IMG/VR virus record: IMGVR_UViG_3300025018_000291
Coordinates: 1 to 37,978 of that record
DNA length: 37,978 bases
Reading direction: 5' to 3' (one strand)
From: a virus
Lineage: Duplodnaviria > Caudoviricetes
Positions within the stretch are counted from its first letter, which is position 1; each line of letters begins with the position of its first letter. The notes beneath the pieces were generated by a model. The model saw only the letters and a list, made by a program, of their open reading frames with translations. It was not told the origin of the DNA and searched no databases. Of this stretch, positions 17,484 through 26,906 are shown piece by piece. The translations under genes were made by a program, and so were the position numbers.

Positions 17484-18494
17484 ATGAAGGCGATCGACGT
17501 GATCTTCCTGCTCTCGGAGGCCGGGCAGCGGGAGAAGATGAAGCGCGGGCTCGACCCGACTCAGCGTGTGGTCTGCCCGGTGGATGAGGGGGCCGAGGCA
17601 TGGGGGCTCGCGGTGGACCTCGCGACCTTCTCGCCCGATGGGAAGGCTCGTGTCGAGGTCGGCCATCGCGACTGGACGGAGGATGGGGCCGCGCCGGTTC
17701 CGGTGGTGGATGGGGCCGCCCTCGTCGAGCGGGTGACGCTCTTCGACACCCACAGCCCGGACCTCTGCGCGATGCTCGAGGACGAGCGCCGCCGCCGCGA
17801 TGCGGTGTCCGACTACGAGGCGCGCGCAGCCGAGGTCCGAGCCCGAGCCGAGGAGGCCCGCCGGCTGAAGACGGAGGCGGCTCGGCGCGAGCGGGCCGAC
17901 CGCCTTCGCGAAGGCATCGAGTCTGGCATCGCCGAGATCGAGCGCATCGGCGGAGACGCGACGGCGATGCGCGAGTCTCTGGCCGCCGCCGGCCCGTCCA
18001 ACCAGCTCGAGCGACTCGTCGACGGCGAGATCACCCTGCTCCGCGAGCAGATCGCCGAGAAGGCCCGGGTCGACTGGATCATGGAGCACGGCTCCGATCG
18101 GCTGAAGACCTGCGTCGCCGAGGGGTTCGAGCACCGGGCCGCCTACCTCGACGAGCGCATCGCCGCAGAGCGCCCCGGATGGACGAAGGCCAGCCGGAGC
18201 CGGCGCGTCTCGATGGCCGAGCCGCGCAACCCGCCGGCCGGCGCCCTGGCCCTGCTGATGGAGGCCAGAGCCTCCGACCCCCTCGCCCAGCTCAACTACA
18301 CGACGATCGAGCGACGAGGCGCGGTGGAACGCCGGGCCGGCGAGAAGGCGTCGAAGTTCGCCTGGATCGGGTTCACGGTCACCGGGCGCATCGACGCCGA
18401 GCGCATCGTCTTCGGCGAAGCCTGGGAGGAGCCCGGGCAGCATGGGCGGAAGCCCGGTCGCGTCCCGATCCGGGTCCTTCGGGACCACCTCTAA
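17484..18494 (+). CDS. hypothetical protein with central coiled coil
   Basis: AAGGAGG RBS before ATG 17484; E/R/A-rich middle. Confidence 0.7.
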   Translation: MKAIDVIFLLSEAGQREKMKRGLDPTQRVVCPVDEGAEAWGLAVDLATFSPDGKARVEVGHRDWTEDGAAPVPVVDGAALVERVTLFDTHSPDLCAMLEDERRRRDAVSDYEARAAEVRARAEEARRLKTEAARRERADRLREGIESGIAEIERIGGDATAMRESLAAAGPSNQLERLVDGEITLLREQIAEKARVDWIMEHGSDRLKTCVAEGFEHRAAYLDERIAAERPGWTKASRSRRVSMAEPRNPPAGALALLMEARASDPLAQLNYTTIERRGAVERRAGEKASKFAWIGFTVTGRIDAERIVFGEAWEEPGQHGRKPGRVPIRVLRDHL

Positions 18495-18511
18495 GAATTG
18501 CCGACTTCCTC

Positions 18512-18540
18512 TTGATGCCGGACGCGCCATCCGGTACGGT
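18512..18540 (+). promoter_or_regulatory. repeated promoter/operator copy 9
   Basis: TTGATG-CCGGACGCGCCATCCGG-TACGGT. Confidence 0.7.
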
Positions 18541-18581
18541 GTCCATGTGCCCTGGAGGCCGGGGCAGGGGAGGAGAGCCAG

Positions 18582-19193
18582 ATGCGGCAAGACGCCAGCG
18601 ACCGAGTCCAGACCTTCACGCGCGCCGAGGTGGCCCGACTGCTGAAGGTGACCGCCGACCACGTTCGGGGCGCCCGGGACCACGTCATCATCTCGATCGC
18701 CCTGGCGACAGGGCTGCGCGAGTTCGAGATCGCAGCCCTCAACTTCGGCGACCTCTTCAAGCCCGGGCAGCGCCTTCCTCGCAAGCGGGTCCGGCTCCGG
18801 GTCTTCAAGACCTCGAACACGCGCGCCGAGCAGCAGGTCATCACGCTCAACGACCGCGTCCGCGAGAAGCTGGTCGCGCACCGGGAGAGGATGGAGTCGG
18901 AGGGGTTCGAGACCGGGCCGGACGACCCGGTCTTCTGCTCCAACCGCCGCAAGCGGATCTCGGAGCGAGCCATCCGGCACAACTTCGGGATCTGGCAGCA
19001 GCGGGCGGAGATCGATCGGCCGCTGACCTTTCACAACCTCCGGCACACCGCCTGCACCAACCTCTGGCGCCGGCACCGCGACATCCTGCTGGTCCAGATG
19101 TTCGCCCGGCACGCCGACATCAGGTCGACCCAGCGCTACACCCACCCCACCGCCGAGGACCTCGAGGCTGGGGTCAGCGACCTGCCATGCTGA
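18582..19193 (+). CDS. tyrosine recombinase, catalytic domain only
   Basis: TGLREFE (R), HNLRH (HxxR), ARHADI (H), TQRY (Y); 203 aa. Confidence 0.88.
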   Translation: MRQDASDRVQTFTRAEVARLLKVTADHVRGARDHVIISIALATGLREFEIAALNFGDLFKPGQRLPRKRVRLRVFKTSNTRAEQQVITLNDRVREKLVAHRERMESEGFETGPDDPVFCSNRRKRISERAIRHNFGIWQQRAEIDRPLTFHNLRHTACTNLWRRHRDILLVQMFARHADIRSTQRYTHPTAEDLEAGVSDLPC

Positions 19194-19764
19194 TCAGCTC
19201 GTCGGCGCCGGCCTCGATCTCGGCGTCGATGCGCTTCGGGTTCCGAAGGATGAGGTAGGGCAGCCGGAAGCCGCCGAGCTTGTGGCTGGGCTTGGCTCTG
19301 GTCTGGCCGGCCGCTCGACGGGTGGCCAGCTCCATCGCCTCGGCCTCGATCTCGACCGCGAGGCGGAAGCTGTTGGACCAGAGCGCGAGCCCGAGTCCGG
19401 CCGGCAGCAGCAGGAGCATCCAGGGGGAGGCGAAGGCCAGGGGGGCGCCGGCGAGCATCATCAGCGCGCCGAGGACGCCGAAGACGAGGTAGCGGGTCCC
19501 CCACCACATCCGCTTGACGAGCCGGCCGGCCTGCTGTTCCACGTGGTGGCCCTCGTGCGCGAGCAGCGCGAGCAGATCCACGTCGCTGCTCGAGCCCGGC
19601 TCGAGCATCCCGGCCCGGAGGGTGATCACCCTGGTGATCGGGTTCGTCATCGACCGGGTGGGGTGGGTGCCACCGCGGATCGAGTAGCCGCGCGCCTGGA
19701 TCTCGCGGGTGACCATGAGGGTCCGGGCGGCGATGCTAACGCCGGGGGTGAGGTGCTCGTACAT
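19174..19764 (-). CDS. membrane-anchored HExxH zinc metallopeptidase-like protein
   Basis: LAHEGHHVEQ, two hydrophobic helices, EIEAEA; GGAGG RBS. Confidence 0.65.
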   Translation of the reverse strand: MYEHLTPGVSIAARTLMVTREIQARGYSIRGGTHPTRSMTNPITRVITLRAGMLEPGSSSDVDLLALLAHEGHHVEQQAGRLVKRMWWGTRYLVFGVLGALMMLAGAPLAFASPWMLLLLPAGLGLALWSNSFRLAVEIEAEAMELATRRAAGQTRAKPSHKLGGFRLPYLILRNPKRIDAEIEAGADELISMAGR

Positions 19765-19829
19765 GGGGGTCCCCTCCATACCGGCCGGCCCGTCTTGCAA
19801 CAGGCGGTCCAGATCGCGATGATAGCGGC

Positions 19830-21326
19830 ATGAGCCACGCTTCGCCTCAGATCATCGTCCGGCGTGACGAGCAGGAGTTCAACGACTGGATCGCGACCGA
19901 GGCGGGCTTCCTCGAGGCGTTCGGCCGGTACGCCGACGACGAGCTGCAGCTCGAGGCGTTCCAGCGCGAGTTCCTCGACTTCACCAAGGGCGACGGCCGG
20001 CGGCCCCGGTTCCGCCACGCCAACAAGAGCCGGCGGATCGGCTTCAGCTTCATGTGCTCGCTCGAGGGGCTGGCCCGATGCCACCTCCGCGAGCGCCACA
20101 AGGCGGTCTACGTCTCCTACAACCTCGCCGACGCCAAGGAGATCATCCACGAGGCGCGCGCGGTCCACGAGGATCTGCCGCTGGCCTACCAGAAGCGGCT
20201 CGCGGTGGACACGAAGACCGAGCTGGCGTTCGAGCCGAGGACCGGCGGGCGCCGGCACCAGAGCCGGATGATCTCGCTGCCGGCGAAGGCCCCGCGCGGC
20301 AAGGACGGCGACTGCTACCTCGACGAGTTCGCGCACTGCCCGAACGACGAGGAGATCTACCGCGGCGCGACGGCGCTGATCGCGCGGTCCGGCGGGCAGC
20401 TCACGATCTGCAGCACGCCGCTCGGCAAGCGGGGGAAGTTCTGGGAGATCTCGTCGCGAGAGGGCGGGCGTCATCGGAAGTTCAGCCGGTTCAGCTACCC
20501 CTGGTGGCTCTGCGAGCAGTTCTGCCACGACATCCTGCGGGCGAGCCTCGAGGTCAACCGGATGCCGACCCACGAGCGTGTGGCCCGGTTCGGCACGGAG
20601 GCGATCCAAGACCAGCTCGAGGCCCTCGGGGTCGAGGCGTTCCAGCAGGAGTTCGAGTGCGTCTTCATCGACGAGAGCACCGCCTTCCTGCCCTACGACC
20701 TGATCCTCTCCTGCATGCTCGACGAGCCCGAGCCCGGCGAGCCGCTGACTCGGGAGCACATCCTCGTGGCCGAGGAGCCCGAGATGGTGCCCAAGCCGAT
20801 CGGCCGGCTGGTCGCCGGGGTCGACATCGGCCGGAAGCGCGACCTCACCTCGGTCACGGTCATGGAGAGCATCGGCGGGCACTACTTCACACGCCTGCAG
20901 GTTGAGATGGCTCGCACGGCCTTCCGCAAGCAGCGCGAGTACCTCCGCCGGCTGCTGAAAACGCTGCCGCTCGCTCGCCTCTCCATCGACAGCACGGGCA
21001 TGGGCCTCCAACTCTCCGAGGAACTGGTGGAGGAGTTCCCGTTGATCGTTCGGCCCGAGACCTTCACCCTGGCGAGCAAGGAGCGCTGGGCCATCCGCCT
21101 CAAGACGCTCATGCAGGAGCGCCGAGTGCTCCTGCCGCGCCGCCGCCGGCTGGCCGCGCAGATCCACGCCGTGCGCAAGCAGGTCACGGCATCCGGCAAT
21201 GTGCGGTACGATGCCGGTAGAACCGAGGGTGGCCACGCCGATATGTTCTGGTCGGTGGCCCTCGCCTGCCAGGAGGAGCCCGCGCCGCCGAGCCGAGGGC
21301 GCGTGCGGGTCAGGGTGTTCGGATGA
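19830..21326 (+). CDS. terL: terminase large subunit (Mu gp28-like)
   Basis: KSRRIGFS Walker A, YLDEFAH Walker B, CSTP, GVDIGRKRD, HADMFWSVALA. Confidence 0.92.
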   Translation: MSHASPQIIVRRDEQEFNDWIATEAGFLEAFGRYADDELQLEAFQREFLDFTKGDGRRPRFRHANKSRRIGFSFMCSLEGLARCHLRERHKAVYVSYNLADAKEIIHEARAVHEDLPLAYQKRLAVDTKTELAFEPRTGGRRHQSRMISLPAKAPRGKDGDCYLDEFAHCPNDEEIYRGATALIARSGGQLTICSTPLGKRGKFWEISSREGGRHRKFSRFSYPWWLCEQFCHDILRASLEVNRMPTHERVARFGTEAIQDQLEALGVEAFQQEFECVFIDESTAFLPYDLILSCMLDEPEPGEPLTREHILVAEEPEMVPKPIGRLVAGVDIGRKRDLTSVTVMESIGGHYFTRLQVEMARTAFRKQREYLRRLLKTLPLARLSIDSTGMGLQLSEELVEEFPLIVRPETFTLASKERWAIRLKTLMQERRVLLPRRRRLAAQIHAVRKQVTASGNVRYDAGRTEGGHADMFWSVALACQEEPAPPSRGRVRVRVFG

Positions 21327-21526
21327 AGGCGACCGTCGAAATCTTCATGGTCAGCAAGCGCACGAAGCAGGCCCGGAAGTCCGAGCGGACCTTCGAGGTC
21401 GAGGGTCGCACGCAGGACGACCTGCGCGCCGCCGCCCGGGCTCGGCTGGAGAGGGGCGGGGCCGCCATCCGAAGCATCTCGCATGGCGCGCGCGGGCTGA
21501 TCGTCTACGTGGAGGTCGGCCGTTGA
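21323..21526 (+). CDS. small basic hypothetical protein
   Basis: ATGA and TTGA overlaps with terL and portal. Confidence 0.65.
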   Translation: MKATVEIFMVSKRTKQARKSERTFEVEGRTQDDLRAAARARLERGGAAIRSISHGARGLIVYVEVGR

Positions 21527-23334
21527 GCGCCGCGGAGGTCATCAACGAGGCAGACGGCACGAAGACCGCCGTCGTCAAGGTCCGGTCGATCGGTCTGAGC
21601 AAGCCGAAGACCGTCGGCGGTGGCGAGAGCCAGGGGCCGTTCGCCAACGTCGGTTCCATCCCGCCGCCCTACGACATGGCCGTCCTCTTCCGCTGGGTCG
21701 AGGACAGCCACACGCTCCGCCCGAACATCGACGCCTACGCGAACAACATCGACGGCTTCGGGCACCGGCTCGAGCCGGCGATCGACCTGCGGGCCGAGGG
21801 CGCGAAGGACGAAGTCGCCGAGGCGGTCTTCGCCAACCTGCTGCTGACCTCCGGCATCGAGCCCGCCTTCCCCGAGGGCGATGCCTTGGATGCGGAGGTC
21901 GAGGCGATCCGGCGCAAGGCCCGGATCGAGAAGGCGCGCGCCGAGGCGTTCTTCGCCAACTGCGCCTACGAGCCCGGGCAGAGCTTCGCCGGGCTGCGTC
22001 GCGAGACTCGCCGGCATCTCGAGGGGACCGGCAACGCCTTCTGGGAGGTGCTGCGCAACCGGCGCGGCGAGCCCTCGCGCTTCAAGCTGGTCCCGCCCCA
22101 CCTCTGCCAGCTCATGCCGCTCGACGACGACTTCACGATGGTCGACGATTGGGAGCGGACCAGCCAGATCCACGTCACGAAGACCTCGCTGCCGAAGCGC
22201 TGCCGGCGCGTCGTCTACATCGAGGATGGGACGACCGAGGAGGTCTACCTCAAGGAGTTCGGCGACCCGCGGGTAATGTCGCCGAGGACCGGGCGCTACT
22301 ACTTCAGCCCCGAGGATCTGGCCCGCGATGAGGAGGGCGTCCAGCCCGCCAACGAGTACGTCCATTTCAAGATCGAGGCCCCCGACACGCCCTACGGCGT
22401 CCCGCGGTGGATCGGCGCCCTGCCCGACGTGATGGGGCTCTACAAGGCCGCGAAGGTCAACCTGCTCTTCTTCGACAACAAGAGCATCCCCCCGATGGCA
22501 CTGCTCGTCTCGGGCGGCACCCTGGCCGACGGCGGCGAGGAGCGGATCAAGAAGCACATCGAAGAGAACATCAAGGGGGTCGACAACTTCCACAAGATTC
22601 TCGTGATCGAGGCCGAGTCGGACGGCAAGAGCGGCACCGCGATGCGGGTCGAACTGAAGCCGCTGACCGACGCGATCCAGAAGGACGCCCTCTTCCTCAA
22701 CTACGACGAGCGCGGCACCGACAAGGCCGGCGGGCAGTTCCGGCTTCCACGACTGATGCGAGGCGACACCCGAGACTTCAACCGGGCGACCGCCGACGCG
22801 GCGATCCGGCTGAGCGAGGATCAGGTCTTCGCGCCCGAGCGCGACGACTTCGACTTCTACATCAACCGCCGGGTCATGCCGTCGATCGGCTGCTCCTTCT
22901 ACATCTTCCGGTCGCTGACCCCGGTGACCCGCGACCCCGAGCGGCTCTCGAAGGTGGTCAAGGAGCAGGTCGTGGCCGGGACGATCACCCCGCGCGATGG
23001 CCGGGCGATCATTGAGGACGCATTCAACCGCCGGCTGCCGCCGATCAACCGCCCCTGGATGGACCAGCCGATCGCGCTCACCCTGGCCGGCATTCAGAAC
23101 GACATGGCGCCGGGCGCCGGCGACTCAGACGAGGTGGACGTCGATCAGGAGGCGCGCCGGATGCTCGAGGTGAAGTCCCGCCTGGACCGGGCGAAGGCCC
23201 AGCTCGCCGACCGCCGGATGGCGCTCGCGCGCCAGCAGCAGCTCGGCGGCGACCTCGACGAGATCACCCTGCAGGTCCCCGCCGGCGAGTTCCGATCGTG
23301 GTTCAAGCCGACGGGGGAGGGGGCGGGCGAGTGA
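21523..23334 (+). CDS. portal protein (PBSX XkdE-like)
   Basis: IPPPYD, GTGNAFWEVLRN, YGVPRW, FFDNKSIP, DFNRATAD; TTG start with GGAGGT RBS. Confidence 0.9.
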   Translation: MSAAEVINEADGTKTAVVKVRSIGLSKPKTVGGGESQGPFANVGSIPPPYDMAVLFRWVEDSHTLRPNIDAYANNIDGFGHRLEPAIDLRAEGAKDEVAEAVFANLLLTSGIEPAFPEGDALDAEVEAIRRKARIEKARAEAFFANCAYEPGQSFAGLRRETRRHLEGTGNAFWEVLRNRRGEPSRFKLVPPHLCQLMPLDDDFTMVDDWERTSQIHVTKTSLPKRCRRVVYIEDGTTEEVYLKEFGDPRVMSPRTGRYYFSPEDLARDEEGVQPANEYVHFKIEAPDTPYGVPRWIGALPDVMGLYKAAKVNLLFFDNKSIPPMALLVSGGTLADGGEERIKKHIEENIKGVDNFHKILVIEAESDGKSGTAMRVELKPLTDAIQKDALFLNYDERGTDKAGGQFRLPRLMRGDTRDFNRATADAAIRLSEDQVFAPERDDFDFYINRRVMPSIGCSFYIFRSLTPVTRDPERLSKVVKEQVVAGTITPRDGRAIIEDAFNRRLPPINRPWMDQPIALTLAGIQNDMAPGAGDSDEVDVDQEARRMLEVKSRLDRAKAQLADRRMALARQQQLGGDLDEITLQVPAGEFRSWFKPTGEGAGE

Positions 23335-23570
23335 AGCTGGTCGGCCACGACTGCATCGAGTGCCTCGAGCCGGGGGAGGGCATGCGATCTCCCCGGCCGG
23401 CGGCGATGCCGCTGGTCGCCTACTTCCTTCGCTGCCCGAAGTGCGGCTGGAGGAACATGGCCAGGAAGGCCAAGGAGGAGGGCGGCAAGGCGACCATCAA
23501 CGCCGGGTGCGTTCGGTGCGGGAGCGACATCAGCGTCCGCGGCGTCGAGATCCCAGGGGCTGCGTCGTGA
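23331..23570 (+). CDS. small zinc-ribbon protein
   Basis: CPKCG and CVRCG pairs; GTGA overlaps on both sides. Confidence 0.6.
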   Translation: MKLVGHDCIECLEPGEGMRSPRPAAMPLVAYFLRCPKCGWRNMARKAKEEGGKATINAGCVRCGSDISVRGVEIPGAAS

Positions 23571-24628
23571 TCCGCTTCGACGTGGTCAGCGCCGGGGCCG
23601 ACGCAGCCGGCGAGATCCTGGCCGGGTGCTGTGGCGTCCACGCAGTCGCCAAGGCGATCAACCTCGGCTCGAAGGCAGGCTTCGATCGCGCCGTGGCCAG
23701 CTTCGCCAGCGCCCTGCGCCGGCGCGCCGCCGAGCCGGAGCGCGACGCGGTGGCCGAGGCGCTCAAGGTGCTCGACGTGGACTGGCAGGCGACGACGGCT
23801 GCCCAGCGGAGCGCCCTGGTCAACGACGCGCTCGTGGCAGCCGGGCGCGCGACGGCCGTGATCCCCGTCCGACACGAGGAGGTCGTCGTTCCTCGGGCTC
23901 GAGATGTGGTCGAAGCTGGGCGCGCCGACGTGCGCCGGGCCGGCCTGACCATCGGGGCCGACTTCAACAGCGTCGACGAGCGGATCGTCGAGCACCTCCG
24001 CGACAGCCACGTCCTCTACGTGACCGACGAGTACGGGCGCCGGATCGACGCCTTCGGCGCCTCCGCGCGCGGGATCGTCGCCGACGGGGTCGAGCTGGGC
24101 CTCGGCCGGGCCGACATCGCTGGCCGGCTGCAGGCTGCGGCGACCAAGGATCTGGCGGCCCGCTCAGGCTTCTATTGGGAGGTGGTCGCTGCGGCCTTCA
24201 CGACCCGCGGCAGGTCGTTCGCCCAGGTCTCCGGCTACGCCGAGGCCGGCGTCGAGAAGTACCGCATCGAGGCGGTGCTCGACGAGGTGACGACCAACTT
24301 CTGCCGGTCGATCCACGGCACCGAGTTCTCCGTCGGAGCGGGGCTCCAGGCGTTCGCCGACGCCGAGCGACTGACCGCGCCGGAGGAGATCAAGGACGCG
24401 GCGCCCTGGGTGCGCGAGTCGAAGAACGAAGACGGCACGACCGAGATGTGGGTGAAGCGCGGCGCGGAGCGCATCTCGGTCGGGACGGTGGTAGACTCCG
24501 CCGTCGGGCGCGCAGATGAGATCGGCAAGTTCAAGGGGCTGCGATCAGCCCCCGACCTTGGCTCGCTCGGGATCGGACTGCCGCCATACCACGGGCTGTG
24601 CAGGACGACGACCGTTCCCGTGTTGTAG
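23567..24628 (+). CDS. minor head protein (MuF / SPP1 gp7 family)
   Basis: AVLDEVTTNFCRSIHG ... PPYHGLCRT; follows portal. Confidence 0.85.
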   Translation: MIRFDVVSAGADAAGEILAGCCGVHAVAKAINLGSKAGFDRAVASFASALRRRAAEPERDAVAEALKVLDVDWQATTAAQRSALVNDALVAAGRATAVIPVRHEEVVVPRARDVVEAGRADVRRAGLTIGADFNSVDERIVEHLRDSHVLYVTDEYGRRIDAFGASARGIVADGVELGLGRADIAGRLQAAATKDLAARSGFYWEVVAAAFTTRGRSFAQVSGYAEAGVEKYRIEAVLDEVTTNFCRSIHGTEFSVGAGLQAFADAERLTAPEEIKDAAPWVRESKNEDGTTEMWVKRGAERISVGTVVDSAVGRADEIGKFKGLRSAPDLGSLGIGLPPYHGLCRTTTVPVL

Positions 24629-24705
24629 TCTGAGGCGAGAGACGACAAGATGGTGGCGTCGCAGACGCCCCAATCTGCTACCCTCACCGCGAGGAGGTCT
24701 ACGAG

Positions 24706-25023
24706 ATGAGCTTCAAGCACGTGATCGACGGCATCGTCGACGCCGCCAAGCAGATGGACGAGGCCGCCAAGACGGACCTCGCGACGCAGCTCGCCGACGC
24801 GGCGAAGGCGCTGGTGCCCGAGAAGGCCGAGCCCGAGAAGGGCGATCCGGCCGACGCCGGCGCCAAGGGTGAGGAGGCCGAGGAGAAGGCCACCGGCGGT
24901 GCGGGCGGTGGCGCGGCCGGCGCCGACGGCGAGAAGCCCGAGGACGAGGAGGGCATGGACGGCGAGAAGTCGAAGACCTCCAAGGCGGCGACCATGCCCT
25001 GGCCGCTCGACATCAACGACTGA
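24706..25023 (+). CDS. acidic scaffold-like protein with C-terminal WPLDIN motif
   Basis: GAGGAGG RBS; E/K/G/A-rich; motif shared with 26899-27831. Confidence 0.7.
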   Translation: MSFKHVIDGIVDAAKQMDEAAKTDLATQLADAAKALVPEKAEPEKGDPADAGAKGEEAEEKATGGAGGGAAGADGEKPEDEEGMDGEKSKTSKAATMPWPLDIND

Positions 25024-26906
25024 TGTTCGGGCCGGGGCTCATCGAAGACCTCGCCCTCGAGGCGGCTCACGAGGTGCAGATCGCCAAGGTGGCGATTTGG
25101 GGTTCCCCGGCGGGCAAGGCTCGTCTGGCGAAGCGCCTCGTTGCGATGATCCCCGAGGGCGTCACCAAGTACTGCGAGCCGTTCTTCGGGGCCGGCTCGG
25201 TCTTCTGGACCTTCTGCGAGGGCCGCGACGTCACGCCCGAGGCGTGGCTCAACGACTACGCGACCGACATCGCCGAGGCGCTCAAGATCCTCAAGGGCAT
25301 GCGCCCGAGCGACTTCGCCCGTCTCAAGGCGATGGACTGGACCGGCCGCAAGACGACCTTCCACAAGGTCTACGACAGCCGGCCGACGACGGCCCTGGCC
25401 AAGCTGCACCGCTTCCTCTACGTCGCGCGCTTCAGCTACGGCTCGATGCGGAAGCGGTCCTTCGACCCTGGATCGGAGGGGAAGACCGGGAAGATGGCCG
25501 AGCGCGCCGAGCGCTTCGCTCCCCGGCTGGCCAACGCCCATCTCTACCAGGGTGACTACGAGCGGGTGATGGTCGACGCGGACAGCCGCGAGACCTTCCA
25601 TTTCCTCGACCCGCCCTACGCCGGCTACAACGCCGCGGTCCACGAGAGCGAGTTCGACGAGGAGCGCTTCTTCGCGCGCCTCAAGGCGCTCAAGGGGAAG
25701 TTCGTGCTGACCTACGGCATCCGGGGCAAGCTCCCCGCGATGGTGAAGGGACACGAGGGCTTCAGCGTCCGCACGATCACCCCGCCCCGCAGCATCCGAA
25801 CGATGCGAGGCGTGGCCGGGCCGAAGGTGCTGCCGACCCTGGTGGTGACCAACTTCGACGCGACCTTCAAGGCCGCCGCCGCGGTCGACGAGATCTTCCG
25901 CTCGGAGGGGTACGAGGTCGGCGTCTGGACCGAGAAGACCGACGCGGATCTCGACAAGGTGGAGGCCGGGTCCGTCTGCGCGATCATCCCGATCCGCGGC
26001 GCGCTCAAGGGGCAGTTCCCCAGGTCCAACGAGCCCGACGTCGCGCCCGGCGATCGCATGCCTCCGCACGTCACCGTGCTGTTCCAGAGCGATCCGAAGG
26101 CCGCCGAGGTCCCGAAGATCAAGGCCGCCATCGAGCGGGCCGCCGCCAATGTCCAGCAGTTCGAGGTGCAGATCGGCGGGCTGGGGCACTTCCACGGCGA
26201 CGAGCACAGCGTCGCCTACGCCAAGGTCGCCGGCGACGGCGTCCAGGCCCTGCGCCGGGCGATCGAGCTGGAGCTGCAGTCGGAGGGCATCGAGGCCGAG
26301 ACCCACAAGGACGGCTTCACCCCGCACGCGACGATCCAGTACATCGAGGCCGGGTCCGAGTGGGATGGGGCGGTGCCGTCTGGCACCTCGGTGGTCAAGA
26401 CGATCGAGGTCTGGACCTCCGAGGGCCGGACCGTCTACAGCCTCTCGGCGCCGGCGGCGAAGCGCGACCGGGTCGAGATCAAGATCGACACCATCGTCAA
26501 CGGCGCCGACGGGGTCGTGCTACCCTGTGCCAAGGCCGCGGACGAGCAGTACGTTCTCGGCATCGTGCTCAAGCCGGAGGAGACCGACACCCAGGGCGAC
26601 ATCTACGACGAGGACGCGATCCGAAAGGCCGCCTTCGGCTACATGGCCAGCTTCTCGAACGGGAGCGGGCGGCTCGGCCTCCAGCACAAGATGCGCCTCC
26701 ACGAGCAGGTCGTCCTCGTCGAGAGCTACCTCGCCCCGGTGGACTTCACCGTCGGCGGGCGCGAGATCAAGAAGGGGACGTGGCTGATGGGCTGGCTCGT
26801 CAAGAGCGAGAAGCTCTGGCAGGAGATCAAGGCTGGGAAGTGGACCGGCTTCTCCATCGGCGGCACGGCCCGGAAGACCCCGGTGAAGGAGGCCCCCGAT
26901 GCCTGA
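25023..26906 (+). CDS. fusion: DNA adenine methyltransferase + 2H phosphoesterase + XkdF-like prohead serine protease
   Basis: GSPAGK, EPFFGAG, LND, DPPY(196); HVTV(349), HATI(435); DTQGD, GLQH(555), VESYLAP, KGTW, GFSIGG(S611). Confidence 0.85.
   Translation: MFGPGLIEDLALEAAHEVQIAKVAIWGSPAGKARLAKRLVAMIPEGVTKYCEPFFGAGSVFWTFCEGRDVTPEAWLNDYATDIAEALKILKGMRPSDFARLKAMDWTGRKTTFHKVYDSRPTTALAKLHRFLYVARFSYGSMRKRSFDPGSEGKTGKMAERAERFAPRLANAHLYQGDYERVMVDADSRETFHFLDPPYAGYNAAVHESEFDEERFFARLKALKGKFVLTYGIRGKLPAMVKGHEGFSVRTITPPRSIRTMRGVAGPKVLPTLVVTNFDATFKAAAAVDEIFRSEGYEVGVWTEKTDADLDKVEAGSVCAIIPIRGALKGQFPRSNEPDVAPGDRMPPHVTVLFQSDPKAAEVPKIKAAIERAAANVQQFEVQIGGLGHFHGDEHSVAYAKVAGDGVQALRRAIELELQSEGIEAETHKDGFTPHATIQYIEAGSEWDGAVPSGTSVVKTIEVWTSEGRTVYSLSAPAAKRDRVEIKIDTIVNGADGVVLPCAKAADEQYVLGIVLKPEETDTQGDIYDEDAIRKAAFGYMASFSNGSGRLGLQHKMRLHEQVVLVESYLAPVDFTVGGREIKKGTWLMGWLVKSEKLWQEIKAGKWTGFSIGGTARKTPVKEAPDA

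Noticed and set aside
2225-18540. Dispersed palindromic repeats as a CRISPR array or integron attC sites
   Set aside because: Not regularly spaced, no cas genes, and they sit at gene 5' ends with -35/-10 boxes rather than at 3' ends
18582-19193. Recombinase as the prophage integrase with a nearby att site
   Set aside because: Phage genes continue on both sides; no tRNA or host junction visible; lacks the arm-binding domain
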